Source: Bacteroidota bacterium (GTDB taxonomy: Bacteria > Bacteroidota > Ignavibacteria > Kapaibacteriales > UBA961). Taken from it: DNA of 64,000 nt. Every line of letters starts with the position of its first letter. Positions within the stretch are counted from its first letter, which is position 1. The stretch covers positions 27,220-91,219 of the forward strand of contig SXZI01000063.1 in the NCBI GenBank assembly GCA_005788035.1, written 5' to 3'. Shown here piece by piece: positions 48,271 through 59,041 of the stretch. The notes beneath the pieces are model-generated. The model had not been told where the DNA came from. It was given only the letters and a program-made list of their open reading frames with translations, and did not search any database. Position numbers and translations under genes: made by a program.

Positions 48271-49910
48271 TGCATACTTTCATCGAATCTTCTTTTCAAC
48301 AGGCTCTTGATGCAATGGGTATTGAACATCAAACGATTGCATTTGAAAGACCCAAAGTTGCTGAGCATGGTCATATGTCAACTAACATTGCCATGGTCCT
48401 TGCAAAGCAATTGAAAAAAAAACCACAGGATATAGCTCAAGAAATATTATCTCAATTGCAATATGATACAAGCTTTGTTCAATCTTTAGAAATAGCAGGC
48501 GCAGGTTTTATAAATATAAAATTCCAACCGAATGCCTTTCATCAAGCCATGCAAATAATGATGGGAAAAAAAAGGGATTTAGGAAAAACAACAGTCGGTT
48601 CCGGTAAAACAGCAAATATCGAATATGTCAGTGCCAATCCAACTGGGAAATTACATTTAGGGCATGGTAGAAATGCAGCTATTGGGGATACAGTGGCTAA
48701 TCTCTTGGAATGGTCCGGTTATAAGGTTACTCGTGAATATTATTTCAACAATGCCGGCAATCAAATGAATTTGTTGGCAGCATCTATTTATGCTCGATAT
48801 CGACATCTGATAGGTGATAATGAGTACCAATTTCCTGAAGATGGTTATCATGGTGAATATATTGCTGACATAGCTCAACAAGCATTGGATCTTCACGGAA
48901 AACAGTTAGCAGTTGAAAATCAAGATCATATTGAAATTTGCAAGAAATTAGGTGAGGAATGGTGTTTTTCATCAATTCTAGAAACATTGAAAAAAATGAA
49001 TATCCATCAGGATACATATTTCAATGAAGACTCCTTATTTACCGATGGCACTATTGCATCATTATTGAGTGAATTGAAAGAAAAGGGTCTGTCATATGAG
49101 AAAGATGGTGCAACATGGATGAAATTCTCTTCTATTGATGAATCACTCACGGACAGAGTTATCGTGAAAAGTTCCGGCGAACCAACATACCGATTGCCAG
49201 ATATTGCCTATCATCGGACGAAATTTGAAAGAGGCTATGACTTGATAGTCGATATCTTCGGCGCTGATCACATTGCGACCATACCGGATGTAAAAGCAGG
49301 AATACAAGCCCTGGGATATGATGTTTCGAAGCTCAAAGTACTCATTTATCAATTTGTAACGCTTTGGGATAATGGCGAACAAGTAAAGATGTCTAAAAGA
49401 TCAGGCAAAAGTTATACACTTGATGAACTTATAGATGAAGTTGGAGCTGATGTTGTCAGGTTTTTCTTTATCATGCGAGGGGCTCAAACCCAATTGGAAT
49501 TTGATCTTCAGATAGCACGAGAGCAAAATGATAAAAATCCAGTGTATTATCTTCAATATGTCCATGCAAGAATATGCTCGCTTATACAACAAGTACACGA
49601 TCATGATAAGCAAGTTCTCGAACATCCGGATCTTTCTACTTTGACTCATCCTTCTGAAATCACTTTAATTGGTACCCTAACTCGATTTGAGGAAGTGGCA
49701 ATAAGAGCTGCACATCATCTTGAACCACAAATGTTGGCTGAATATTTACGAGAAGTCGCATCTGCATTTCATTCTTTCTATCATGATTGCAGAATACTGG
49801 GTTCTGAGCATGCTGTTTTGTCAGCTAGAGTGCATTTAGCATTATTAACAAAAACCGTCATGAATAATGGATTGACAATTTTAGGAATTTCATCACCCGA
49901 ATCAATGTAA
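48267..49910 (+). CDS. argS: Arginine--tRNA ligase.
   Basis: SANPTGKLHLGHGRNAAIGD (HIGH) and KMSKRSGK. Confidence 0.9.
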   Translation: MMHTFIESSFQQALDAMGIEHQTIAFERPKVAEHGHMSTNIAMVLAKQLKKKPQDIAQEILSQLQYDTSFVQSLEIAGAGFINIKFQPNAFHQAMQIMMGKKRDLGKTTVGSGKTANIEYVSANPTGKLHLGHGRNAAIGDTVANLLEWSGYKVTREYYFNNAGNQMNLLAASIYARYRHLIGDNEYQFPEDGYHGEYIADIAQQALDLHGKQLAVENQDHIEICKKLGEEWCFSSILETLKKMNIHQDTYFNEDSLFTDGTIASLLSELKEKGLSYEKDGATWMKFSSIDESLTDRVIVKSSGEPTYRLPDIAYHRTKFERGYDLIVDIFGADHIATIPDVKAGIQALGYDVSKLKVLIYQFVTLWDNGEQVKMSKRSGKSYTLDELIDEVGADVVRFFFIMRGAQTQLEFDLQIAREQNDKNPVYYLQYVHARICSLIQQVHDHDKQVLEHPDLSTLTHPSEITLIGTLTRFEEVAIRAAHHLEPQMLAEYLREVASAFHSFYHDCRILGSEHAVLSARVHLALLTKTVMNNGLTILGISSPESM

Positions 49911-49922
49911 GGAGTTTATATC

Positions 49923-50174
49923 ATGGAAAAACCAGAAATCGGTGGCTATAAATCAGTAAGAATGGAAATGAATCCGGGAACGTATTATTGGTGTTCATGC
50001 GGAAAATCATCCAATCAACCTTTTTGTGATGGTTCCCATAAAGGTTCAACCTTTAGTCCGAAAGCAGTGGAGATGACCGAGACAAAAACTGTCTCTTGGT
50101 GTACCTGCAAATTATCTGCAAATCAACCTTTTTGCGATGGAGCACATAAACAATTGACTCCTCCTCAGGAATAA
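49923..50174 (+). CDS. CDGSH iron-sulfur domain protein (two CDGSH motifs).
   Basis: [16 protein letters not shown] and [16 protein letters not shown]. Confidence 0.7.
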   Translation: MEKPEIGGYKSVRMEMNPGTYYWCSCGKSSNQPFCDGSHKGSTFSPKAVEMTETKTVSWCTCKLSANQPFCDGAHKQLTPPQE

Positions 50175-50182
50175 TAAAGCGA

Positions 50183-50971
50183 ATGACTAAAATCATTGCA
50201 ATAGCAAATCAAAAAGGTGGGGTTGGCAAAACAACTTCTGCAGTCAATATTTCAGCCTCACTTGCAGCCGCTGAAAAGAAGGTATTGCTTGTAGACATCG
50301 ACCCTCAAGCAAATGCCTCCAATGGACTTGGGATTGACACCAAAAGTTTGGACATCACTGTCTATGAAGTTCTTATCGGAAATGCCTCGATTCACGAAGC
50401 AATACTTCCAACAGTGATGCCTAATTTATCAATTCTGCCATCGCATATAAATTTGGTTGGCGCTGAGATAGAGATGATTGAAATGCATGATCGTGAATTT
50501 GTTCTCAAGAAAGCATTACAACCTATACTTAATAAATATGATTTCATAATATTCGATTGCCCCCCTTCACTAGGAATTCTTACTTTGAATGGTTTAACGG
50601 CTGCCCATTCTGTTCTGATACCTGTTCAATGTGAATACTATGCTCTTGAAGGATTGGGTCAATTATTAAACACAATTTCAATTGTTCGCAATCATCTTAA
50701 TCCTTCACTTGAGATTGAAGGTGTATTACTCACAATGTATGATGGTAGACTTCGGCTTTCACAACAGGTTGAAATTGAAGTTCGCAAGCACTTTGAAGAC
50801 AAAGTAATGAAAACTGTCATACAACGAAATGTCCGATTATCTGAATCGCCTAGTCATGGAAAACCAATTGTGCTCTATGATGCATTAAGCACAGGTTCTA
50901 GAAATTATCTCGATTTAGCTATGGAAATCATAGAAAACAATACAACTCATACTGCAAAAGGGAGTGAATAA
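50183..50971 (+). CDS. parA: Chromosome partitioning ATPase ParA/Soj.
   Basis: Deviant Walker [15 protein letters not shown]. Confidence 0.85.
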   Translation: MTKIIAIANQKGGVGKTTSAVNISASLAAAEKKVLLVDIDPQANASNGLGIDTKSLDITVYEVLIGNASIHEAILPTVMPNLSILPSHINLVGAEIEMIEMHDREFVLKKALQPILNKYDFIIFDCPPSLGILTLNGLTAAHSVLIPVQCEYYALEGLGQLLNTISIVRNHLNPSLEIEGVLLTMYDGRLRLSQQVEIEVRKHFEDKVMKTVIQRNVRLSESPSHGKPIVLYDALSTGSRNYLDLAMEIIENNTTHTAKGSE

Positions 50972-51888
50972 TGAAATCTCCATTAGGCCTTGGAAAGGGG
51001 CTTGGCGCCCTAATCCCCGGTAATCAGGATAATCCATCGAAGACCGTTGAGCAACAAGATGAGAATCGTATAGGTTTGATTGATATAACTAAAATTAAGA
51101 CTAATCCCTTTCAACCCAGAGTTATATTTGATCAAACTGCTTTGGAAGAACTAGTTGATTCAATCAAGCTTCATGGTGTGATTCAACCAATAACTGTTCG
51201 AAAGTCCATAGGGAATACTTATGAACTCATTTCCGGTGAAAGAAGAATTCGTGCTTCCATAGAAGCCGGCTTGGAGAAAATACCAGCATTCATTGTGGAT
51301 ATCGATACAAATGAAGCAATGATTGAACTTGCAATCATTGAAAATGTTCAAAGAGAAAACTTGAATGATATAGAAGTTGCAATGGGTTATCAAATGTTGA
51401 TGGATCATTGCAAACTCACGCAGGAAGAAGTGGCTGCAAAAGTAGGTAAAGACAGGGCAACTGTATCTAATTTTCTTAGACTTTTAAAGTTACCCTCTGA
51501 AATACAACAACTTGTGGCTATGAAAGAACTGTCTAATGGTCATGCTAGGGCTTTATTGTCACTACAATCCCCAGATAATCAACGTTTGATTGCTCAGAGA
51601 ATCATTGATGAACAATTATCTGTACGTCAAACTGAAGACATCATACGAGAATTGATGGGGGGAACAAAAAGAAACCCCAAAAAGACTTCAAAGAAAAAAA
51701 ATGATATAACAAGCAAAAAACAACCTTTGAGCAATGATGTATTGGCCTTGGAGGATAGTCTTAGAGAATATTTTGCAACGCAAGTTTCCATTCATTTAAA
51801 AGATCATGAAACTGGAAAAGTTGAAATCACATTCTTTTCTTTGGATGATTTGCAAAGAGTTATTGAATTAATCATCAATAAGCAATAA
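50971..51888 (+). CDS. parB: Chromosome partitioning protein ParB/Spo0J.
   Basis: ParB box ISGERRIRAS. HTH. C-terminal dimerisation domain. Confidence 0.85.
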   Translation: MKSPLGLGKGLGALIPGNQDNPSKTVEQQDENRIGLIDITKIKTNPFQPRVIFDQTALEELVDSIKLHGVIQPITVRKSIGNTYELISGERRIRASIEAGLEKIPAFIVDIDTNEAMIELAIIENVQRENLNDIEVAMGYQMLMDHCKLTQEEVAAKVGKDRATVSNFLRLLKLPSEIQQLVAMKELSNGHARALLSLQSPDNQRLIAQRIIDEQLSVRQTEDIIRELMGGTKRNPKKTSKKKNDITSKKQPLSNDVLALEDSLREYFATQVSIHLKDHETGKVEITFFSLDDLQRVIELIINKQ

Positions 51889-51895
51889 AGCGTTC

Positions 51896-52336
51896 ATGAA
51901 AGATCATTCTCATATTTCTTCTATTCGTGTTCGATATGCCGATACTGACAAAATGGGCATAGTGTACAATGGAAATTATCTTACGTATTTTGAGATTGGA
52001 AGAACAGAGCTATTGCGTTCTATGGGATTACCTTATTCAAAACTCGAAGAGCAGGGAATTCAATTCCCTGTAATAGAAGCACATGTTGAATATAAAGTGC
52101 CTGCTCATTACGATGAGATACTTGATATACGAGCTACTTGTTCTCTGAAAAAGGGTTTATTATTGCATATTGCATATGAGATTACAAGAGGAACAACATT
52201 GCTTACAACAGGTTATACCATACATCCTTTCATAGGTATCCGTACCGGAAAACCAATGCGACCACCTGCATTCTTCATGGATATTTGGGAATCTCGTGAA
52301 TCTGAACATTTCATACACAAGGAAATCCGTTTATGA
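51896..52336 (+). CDS. Acyl-CoA thioesterase, YbgC/4HBT family.
   Basis: RVRYADTDKMGIVYNGNYLTYFEIGRTELLR, a hotdog-fold signature. Confidence 0.7.
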   Translation: MKDHSHISSIRVRYADTDKMGIVYNGNYLTYFEIGRTELLRSMGLPYSKLEEQGIQFPVIEAHVEYKVPAHYDEILDIRATCSLKKGLLLHIAYEITRGTTLLTTGYTIHPFIGIRTGKPMRPPAFFMDIWESRESEHFIHKEIRL

Positions 52337-53277
52337 AAAAGGTTATGTTAATAGCATTGCTTCTTGGAACGCTATCATTCAACGATGTGATTAAAGCACA
52401 GTCTCCATTTGATTTTGTGCAATTAACCATAAGTGCACGTTCAGCAGCTTTGGGAGGTGCTTTCACAAGTATTGCCAATGATCAAACAGCTGTTTTCTTT
52501 AATCCTGGGGCACTTTCAACGGTTGAAAAGTCTTCTGTTTCAGCTACGTTCATGAGGCATGTTTTAGACATAAGTTCCGGTCAAGCAGTATATACACTCC
52601 CTTTCGACAAGCAATCTTCAGAACGTTTTGCAATTAGTGCCATGTATACGACATATGGATCCTTTGATAGAACAGATGAATTCGGAACTGTACTTGGGAC
52701 ATTCTCCTCAAATAATATTGCAGTAATGGGGTCTTATTCTAATGAATTAGACTCAACTTTGAGTTATGGTTGCAATGCTAAGTTTATACATGCAACATTG
52801 GACGATCTTTCATCATCTGCGATAGCTTTAGATGCAGGTATATTGTATAGACTTCCTGCTACGAGAACCAATGTCGGTTTTTCCATATTGAATATTGGAA
52901 CTCAATTGTCAACATTCACTGGTATCACTGATGAATTACCAATAGACGTGCGCCTAGGTATCAATCATCGTTTAAGAGGGCTTCCGCTCTTATTGAACTT
53001 TTCATTCCATCATCTCGCTGATGATGCAGATTCATTCTTTGACAGAGTGGGTAATTTTAGTATTGGTGGTGAGTTTATCCTTAGCAAGGTTCTAGACATG
53101 CGACTAGGATTTGACAATTATGTCAGAGACGCAACAAGCATTCAAGGGCAAAGACGCTTTTCAGGATTTTCAGCAGGTGTAGGTGTAAGAACTGAATATG
53201 TCAATATAGATTATGGTGTTTCAGCACTTGGAACAGCTGGTACGATTCACAGATTAACATTACATACTTCATTATAA
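52333..53277 (+). CDS. Outer-membrane beta-barrel protein, PorQ/PorV-like (T9SS-associated family).
   Basis: Signal peptide, then N-terminal motif ARSAALGGAFTSIANDQTAVFFNPGAL and C-terminal aromatic residue. Length is consistent with PorQ. Family assignment is from memory, not from a search. Confidence 0.4.
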   Translation: MKKVMLIALLLGTLSFNDVIKAQSPFDFVQLTISARSAALGGAFTSIANDQTAVFFNPGALSTVEKSSVSATFMRHVLDISSGQAVYTLPFDKQSSERFAISAMYTTYGSFDRTDEFGTVLGTFSSNNIAVMGSYSNELDSTLSYGCNAKFIHATLDDLSSSAIALDAGILYRLPATRTNVGFSILNIGTQLSTFTGITDELPIDVRLGINHRLRGLPLLLNFSFHHLADDADSFFDRVGNFSIGGEFILSKVLDMRLGFDNYVRDATSIQGQRRFSGFSAGVGVRTEYVNIDYGVSALGTAGTIHRLTLHTSL

Positions 53278-53293
53278 TTTCAGGTTAATATTT

Positions 53294-53674
53294 ATGAAAA
53301 ACATTATTGCATTAATCTGCATTTCAATCATTTGTGCCTCAACCTCAATTGCACAACAACAAAATCAACAAATATTGAAACCGGTCATTCAATATTCAGA
53401 AATTGATTTTTGTCTGCAATTATTAAAGAACATCGAATTGCGAGGAAATGAAGTTGATGCACTGATTGAAATTCGTTCAATTATGATCGGTGAGTTGCAA
53501 AAAGGCTCGAAGGAAAACAAGAAACTAGAAGATTCAACAACTTTGGTGTTTACCTTCAATCAAGCCAAGAATTTGTTGTCATTTCTGCAAAGGGCAACTT
53601 TGACCGGGGCGGTAGCTGATAGATATAAGCGATTTACGGATGCAATCACAGCATCGGCACAAGCGAAAAAATAA
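53294..53674 (+). CDS. Small secreted hypothetical protein.
   Basis: Signal peptide MKNIIALICISIICASTSIAQQ. No known motif. Confidence 0.35.
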   Translation: MKNIIALICISIICASTSIAQQQNQQILKPVIQYSEIDFCLQLLKNIELRGNEVDALIEIRSIMIGELQKGSKENKKLEDSTTLVFTFNQAKNLLSFLQRATLTGAVADRYKRFTDAITASAQAKK

Positions 53675-53677
53675 TAC

Positions 53678-53704
53678 AAAGGGTCGTTTACGGCCCTTTT
53701 TTTT
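53678..53704. terminator. Bidirectional rho-independent terminator between convergent genes.
   Basis: Stem AAAGGGTCG / CGGCCCTTT (one G-U pair), loop TTTA. Flanked by an A-run on one side and a T8 run on the other. Confidence 0.55.
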
Positions 53705-54866
53705 GTCCTTTCTCCAATGCAAGTAGCTGCATTTTTAATGATTGAAGTAGCTCACTTTCATTCACTTTTCCATAAACAAAAAGCATAAGCTGTTCTTCAA
53801 GTATGCGTTCTGCATCAAGAAAATAGGGTGGAGAAGGCAATATTTTTGAAATCTTCGTTTGTTTTGTGAACTGCGCAATATCTTGGTTAACTAGGAAATC
53901 CTGGTCATTCCATGATTGCATATTTGCAGGCAATCCAATATCCTGTAATTGCATGCACATATTCTTTACACGTTCATAGTTAGTAATATAAGAAACAAAC
54001 AATGTTGCTTCTTCTGGATATCGTGACGAAGCTGATATCCCAAGGCAATCTCCGCTTAATATAGATGCTCCGCTTTTACCGGGCAATGACGATGCAATGA
54101 TATGAGGAATATTTGCAAGTTGTGGAAGTATCCACTGTCCAGTAATGACCGCATGAATAGTGCCATTGACAATGTACTCATCTAACTTTCTTGACTGTTC
54201 AATTCTAGCATATTTAGACAGTTTTCTAATTAAACGTAATCCATCAATCAGTTGACTATCACATGTGGAACTAAATGGTAATGTTTGAAACAAGTTGCTA
54301 CCAGTAGACCAAATAATAGGTAATAGCTTTTTTGAAACATTATGCGGTTCAGATGAATTAATTCCAATGATGGAAGATGTATTCAATCTTGAAATGATAA
54401 TATCCCAATTTAAATCATTGGTATCCAGTGTTGAGAGATCATGGCTGAACACTAGTGCTCTGGTGTTCATTGTCCATGGTTTACAATAAATCTTACCGTT
54501 TTCCCCTTTGATCTGATTAATAAACTGCTCTGGGATTCCCTTATTGATAGGCATTGATGCAAATACATCATTTGAAATAAATTCTTGAGCCCATTCTATT
54601 CCCAAATGGGTAATGTCAGGAGGATTACCGGATGTATGAGCTAGGACTAATTTTGTTCTTCCTTCATTCCATTGAACCGGAATTTGTTCAATTGTAATAT
54701 GAGGATATTGTCTCTCAAATGCAGCCACAAGCGAATCAATAAGCGCCTGTTGTTTTGGTTCAGTCCAGAAATGTAGAAACTGCAATCTTATCGGGGATTG
54801 AGAGTGATGTCCGCAGCCGAACAATAGGGAGGAAAAGAATAAGATATTGAAGAAAATGCGAAACAT
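53688..54866 (-). CDS. ABC transporter substrate-binding lipoprotein (family 1, sugar-type).
   Basis: Lipobox LLFGC. Solute-binding protein (SBP) family-1 N-terminal pattern QFLHFWTEPKQQALIDSLVAAFERQYPHITIE. Confidence 0.7.
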   Translation of the reverse strand: MFRIFFNILFFSSLLFGCGHHSQSPIRLQFLHFWTEPKQQALIDSLVAAFERQYPHITIEQIPVQWNEGRTKLVLAHTSGNPPDITHLGIEWAQEFISNDVFASMPINKGIPEQFINQIKGENGKIYCKPWTMNTRALVFSHDLSTLDTNDLNWDIIISRLNTSSIIGINSSEPHNVSKKLLPIIWSTGSNLFQTLPFSSTCDSQLIDGLRLIRKLSKYARIEQSRKLDEYIVNGTIHAVITGQWILPQLANIPHIIASSLPGKSGASILSGDCLGISASSRYPEEATLFVSYITNYERVKNMCMQLQDIGLPANMQSWNDQDFLVNQDIAQFTKQTKISKILPSPPYFLDAERILEEQLMLFVYGKVNESELLQSLKMQLLALEKGQKKGP

Positions 54867-54869
54867 GAA

Positions 54870-56747
54870 TTATTCTTTTGCCGTAATCGGTCTATTGGCA
54901 CTATTCGCTTTTTTCTTTGTGACAGGTATCGTATCCAGTAATACGGAATCACCTGACTCCTTTGCCGTAGGATAAAAGAACTTTGTAAGCAATCGTTGCG
55001 CGATAGGTGCAGCTACCGTTCCTCCAAATCCTGCATTTTCAACCAGGACACAAAGAGCGATTCGTGGATTTTCTCTTGGAGCAAAAGCGATAAACCAAGC
55101 ATGATCTTCTCCATGAGCATTTTGTGCAGTACCAGTCTTACCACAAACACTTATTCCTGAAACTTTTGCGGACAAAGCAGTTCCACCGGCAGTATTCACA
55201 ACATCATACATGCCTCTGTGAATGACATTCCAATATTCATCCGACATGGTAATAGCTTTTCTGCTCGCATAAGCTACATCTTGCAATTGTTTGGTTTTAC
55301 GATTATAGATAGAACGAACGATATGAGGCTGATGAATGATGCCCTTATTTGCGAGTGATGCACAATACACAGCCATTTGAAGCGGGGAGACTCCAATTTC
55401 ACCTTGACCGATACCAAGATTTACCAAACGACCTCGAATCTCACCAGCTGATAGATTTTGTTTTTTATAAAATTTTTCTCCGGGTAATTTCCCCTTTGAA
55501 TCCTCAGGAATATCGACAAATGTCTTTTGACCAAAACCAAAGTCCCTACCATATTTCTCAAAATTAATGATACCTAATTGAGGACCTATCTTATTGAAAA
55601 AGACATTGCAAGAAACGTGGATTGCTTTTTGCAAATTAGTTGCTCCATGGGAGCCATGGCATTTCCACGAACGACCACCAAACTCATAAGCACCTGAGCA
55701 ATAAATTGTTTTTTCGGGTGTTATGATTCCTTCTTTCAAAGCTGCAATACCCATGAGCATTTTCCAAGTCGAGCCAGGAGGATATATTGTTTGAGTTGCA
55801 CGATTGAAAAGAGGTTTACCTTCATCTTTCAATAATTTTGAAAATAAATTGCTTTTTGTTCGACCACTAAACTCACGAATATCGTAGTCTGGCATGCTCA
55901 CAAGTGCCATTATTTCTCCTGTATTCGGATCCAATGCAACTATTCCACCTCTTTTTCCTTTTAGAAGTTTTTCAGATAATTCCTGAAGAGGTTTGTCTAT
56001 TCCTAATCGTAGATCAAATCCTTCTTCTGCTTGTATATCGTTTTTACCTTCTTGAAAGCTTGCTACTTTTTGGCCAGTAGAATTTACGGCAACAAATTGA
56101 ACTCCTTTCGTTCCACGTAAGAAGTTTTCATATGTCTTTTCGAGCCCTGCATAGCCCACAATATCACCTGGTGCATAATAATCACCCATTGTTTGGATTT
56201 GTCTTTTGTTTATTTCTCTGGAATATCCCAAAATATGAGACATGTTTCCCTGAATCGTGTACAATCGTTTTGATTCAACCGATATATCCACACCTGGAAG
56301 AAATTCATGATTTTCTTCAATAAGTGAAATGATGGACCAATCAGCATCGCGATAAATTTTATTGGGCTTTACTCGTGATATCTTTTTTGAATCCTCAACA
56401 AATTGTTTAATCTCATCTTGCTTTAATTGTAAAATAGAAGCCAAAAGGGGAATGGAAGAGTCATCAAACTCATTAGGAGTTATGGAAATAGAAAAGGAAG
56501 GAGAATTATGCACCATTCGCTCCCCATTACGATCAAATATATTCCCTCTGAATGGATCAACAGTCACTTCCTTGATTGCTTGCGTTTCAGCTTTTAAACG
56601 ATAGACATTTCCCTGAATGATTTGCAAATATGCTAGTCTTCCAACATAGATGGTAAGTACGGCCAATACTATCACTCGTAAAACGAGGATACGATCTTTA
56701 CTTCCAATATTTATAGATTCATTGTGTAGATTCATTTTCATAGCCAC
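54870..56747 (-). CDS. mrdA: Penicillin-binding protein 2 (class B transpeptidase).
   Basis: N-terminal TM. Transpeptidase motifs STWK, SCN and KTGT. Confidence 0.8.
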   Translation of the reverse strand: MAMKMNLHNESINIGSKDRILVLRVIVLAVLTIYVGRLAYLQIIQGNVYRLKAETQAIKEVTVDPFRGNIFDRNGERMVHNSPSFSISITPNEFDDSSIPLLASILQLKQDEIKQFVEDSKKISRVKPNKIYRDADWSIISLIEENHEFLPGVDISVESKRLYTIQGNMSHILGYSREINKRQIQTMGDYYAPGDIVGYAGLEKTYENFLRGTKGVQFVAVNSTGQKVASFQEGKNDIQAEEGFDLRLGIDKPLQELSEKLLKGKRGGIVALDPNTGEIMALVSMPDYDIREFSGRTKSNLFSKLLKDEGKPLFNRATQTIYPPGSTWKMLMGIAALKEGIITPEKTIYCSGAYEFGGRSWKCHGSHGATNLQKAIHVSCNVFFNKIGPQLGIINFEKYGRDFGFGQKTFVDIPEDSKGKLPGEKFYKKQNLSAGEIRGRLVNLGIGQGEIGVSPLQMAVYCASLANKGIIHQPHIVRSIYNRKTKQLQDVAYASRKAITMSDEYWNVIHRGMYDVVNTAGGTALSAKVSGISVCGKTGTAQNAHGEDHAWFIAFAPRENPRIALCVLVENAGFGGTVAAPIAQRLLTKFFYPTAKESGDSVLLDTIPVTKKKANSANRPITAKE

Positions 56748-56794
56748 TCATGTTTGTCAAAATTACAGAAATTCGAGTGCATGAAATGTACAAA

Positions 56795-58075
56795 TCATAG
56801 ACTTGCCATTATTTCTTTTTTTCTGAAATATATTGTCAGTATTAGTAATAATAGGGATGAAGCAATAATACCCCAAATCAATCCCAAAACACCAAATTCT
56901 TGGGACAAGACAAAAAACAGTCCGAGTGTTATCAAACATGTAAAACCATAGATCTTGGCAAATACTCCGAATTTCCCTGCTATTGGAAAATAATGTATAA
57001 GAAAGATATTTATTGTCAATACGAATGTTTCAATACATAATAACCTAAAATACATTGCTGCCTGATCATTGAATTCGCCCGAAAAGACGTAAATGATCCA
57101 TGGTGCGGATAAGATAATTAATGGGGTACTTATAAGTGCATAGATCACTGTCCAATGCTGATATGTACGAAGTGTTTGAAGACATTCCTCGCGATCATGT
57201 TCGAACATATATGACAATTTTGGTAAAGCTGATATCACAAAGAGCCATACAGGAAACAATTGAAAAACTCCGGCTGCTTTATCAGCAATCGCATAAGTCC
57301 CGGTCATTAACGGTGTGCTGATCAATGAAACATAAAATACACGTGGTTGAGTATACAAAACTTGTGCTACTGAAGACAAAAAAGGGCGAATTCCCAATCT
57401 AAATTGCTCTTTCATGATGGCCAAAGACGGCATTCTTACCTTCAATCCAAGTAGGCGATGAGCAAATGCCAAGGTTGACATAGCCATTATTACTTGCGTG
57501 CCATAATACAATGCAGGGTAGAGTAAATAATCTTTAGGTTCATTTACAATGGAAAGCACTCCAATGAATAAGATGATTCTGGCAATGATTTGAAATCTTG
57601 ACAAATAATACATCTTTTCATATCCTTGATATAACCAAACAGGGAAGAGTACATCACCAATGATAAAACCAAAGGTAATGATGACCAGACCTAATTCGCT
57701 TTTCAAAGAAGGCAAAGAAATTGCCATGAAGAGCATGACAATAAAAGAAACACACATCAATAAAGATTTTAACGCGATAATTGCACCTGCAATTCGGGAA
57801 GCCTTTTCAGGATTATCTCTGTGGATGGATATCTCTCTTGCTGCAGAGTAATTGAAACCAAAATTGGTGATCACCAAGAAGATATACATACAAGATACAG
57901 CTGTCTGCACTAAGCCATATCGCTCTAGGCCTAAGGATCTAACGAGATAGGGAACGAGGATAAGAGGGACAAGATATTCCAACCCTTTCAGGAATGTCAA
58001 TGAAAAGAAATTTTTCATGACACTGGCATGATCATCTCTGATAACTTTGATCACGGATTTTACTATGCTGCGCAT
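56795..58075 (-). CDS. Wzx-type polysaccharide/O-antigen flippase (MOP superfamily).
   Basis: Twelve predicted TM helices. N-terminal KNFFSLTFLKGLEYLVPLILVPYLVRSLG typical of Polysacc_synt family. Confidence 0.7.
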   Translation of the reverse strand: MRSIVKSVIKVIRDDHASVMKNFFSLTFLKGLEYLVPLILVPYLVRSLGLERYGLVQTAVSCMYIFLVITNFGFNYSAAREISIHRDNPEKASRIAGAIIALKSLLMCVSFIVMLFMAISLPSLKSELGLVIITFGFIIGDVLFPVWLYQGYEKMYYLSRFQIIARIILFIGVLSIVNEPKDYLLYPALYYGTQVIMAMSTLAFAHRLLGLKVRMPSLAIMKEQFRLGIRPFLSSVAQVLYTQPRVFYVSLISTPLMTGTYAIADKAAGVFQLFPVWLFVISALPKLSYMFEHDREECLQTLRTYQHWTVIYALISTPLIILSAPWIIYVFSGEFNDQAAMYFRLLCIETFVLTINIFLIHYFPIAGKFGVFAKIYGFTCLITLGLFFVLSQEFGVLGLIWGIIASSLLLLILTIYFRKKEIMASL

Positions 58076-59041
58076 TCAAAGACCGATAGAATGTGCTTGA
58101 ATAATCCTATTGGGCAAATTATGCAAAAGATCGGGATGCCGATCATATTGATGGATGGTATTACATAGTGATCCATCCGAATTAAGTAATAAACCGGATT
58201 CTGGATCAATGTTTCGCAATTCTTGTTTCATGAGCCCCATAGTCATGACCGGACCCTTCATGTTCTCGAAGAGATGCAATCTATCTCCGAAATCTTTCAT
58301 GCGAATTGCATAATTGTGAATTCCTTGATCCAAACCTGTTATTCCAGCAATAGATCGAATTCTTGGAGTAAGTAGAATACTACACATGCGGCGCGTGTAT
58401 TCCAATACAGCTTCTACACTACCCATTGTGATTCCTGCGCAGGAAATAGGGTTTTTTCCAATCGCATCCAATATTTCTTGTCCGAAACCTCTTCGGATCC
58501 ATCCTGCATTATGAACTTCATTTTCTATTGTTATTGAAGGGTCTTCAAGAAAACAGCATAGTGAATCATTGATTGCAAAATCGAACGGGTCTCGTTGAAA
58601 AACGACATCTCTTGTATCACTCAACATTATTCTCGAATAAGAATGATTATTCTCCAAAAATTCAGTATAAAGAAAATGTCTTGATTGATGAATATGAAAT
58701 GCATTTGAAGCAAATTGTCTCTTAGCTTCTTCAGAAGCTACATAAAACCACATTTTTTGCACCGGACTGAATATCCTATATGCATTGACTTTTTTATTGA
58801 GAAAAGGAATAGAAATACGTACTTCTCTGAAATCACGTAAGTAAATTCCCATTGAAGAGAATGCAGATCGAGTGGATGAACTGATATCATCACAGAAAAA
58901 GGCTAAACCCCCCGAATATCCTGTAGCATGTAATGTAGAAAGGAATGGACTTAGATGTTCATACTCCAATGAACGAACTATACCCATGATAAGTGAACCA
59001 TTCTCATCTTTGAAGCTTGGCAACTTGGAAGATACGCTCAT
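58076..59041 (-). CDS. Hypothetical protein in a polysaccharide locus (possible novel glycosyltransferase or modifying enzyme).
   Basis: 321 aa soluble protein between wzz-like and wzx. Stop/start junctions abut both neighbours. No motif I can assign. Confidence 0.45.
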   Translation of the reverse strand: MSVSSKLPSFKDENGSLIMGIVRSLEYEHLSPFLSTLHATGYSGGLAFFCDDISSSTRSAFSSMGIYLRDFREVRISIPFLNKKVNAYRIFSPVQKMWFYVASEEAKRQFASNAFHIHQSRHFLYTEFLENNHSYSRIMLSDTRDVVFQRDPFDFAINDSLCCFLEDPSITIENEVHNAGWIRRGFGQEILDAIGKNPISCAGITMGSVEAVLEYTRRMCSILLTPRIRSIAGITGLDQGIHNYAIRMKDFGDRLHLFENMKGPVMTMGLMKQELRNIDPESGLLLNSDGSLCNTIHQYDRHPDLLHNLPNRIIQAHSIGL

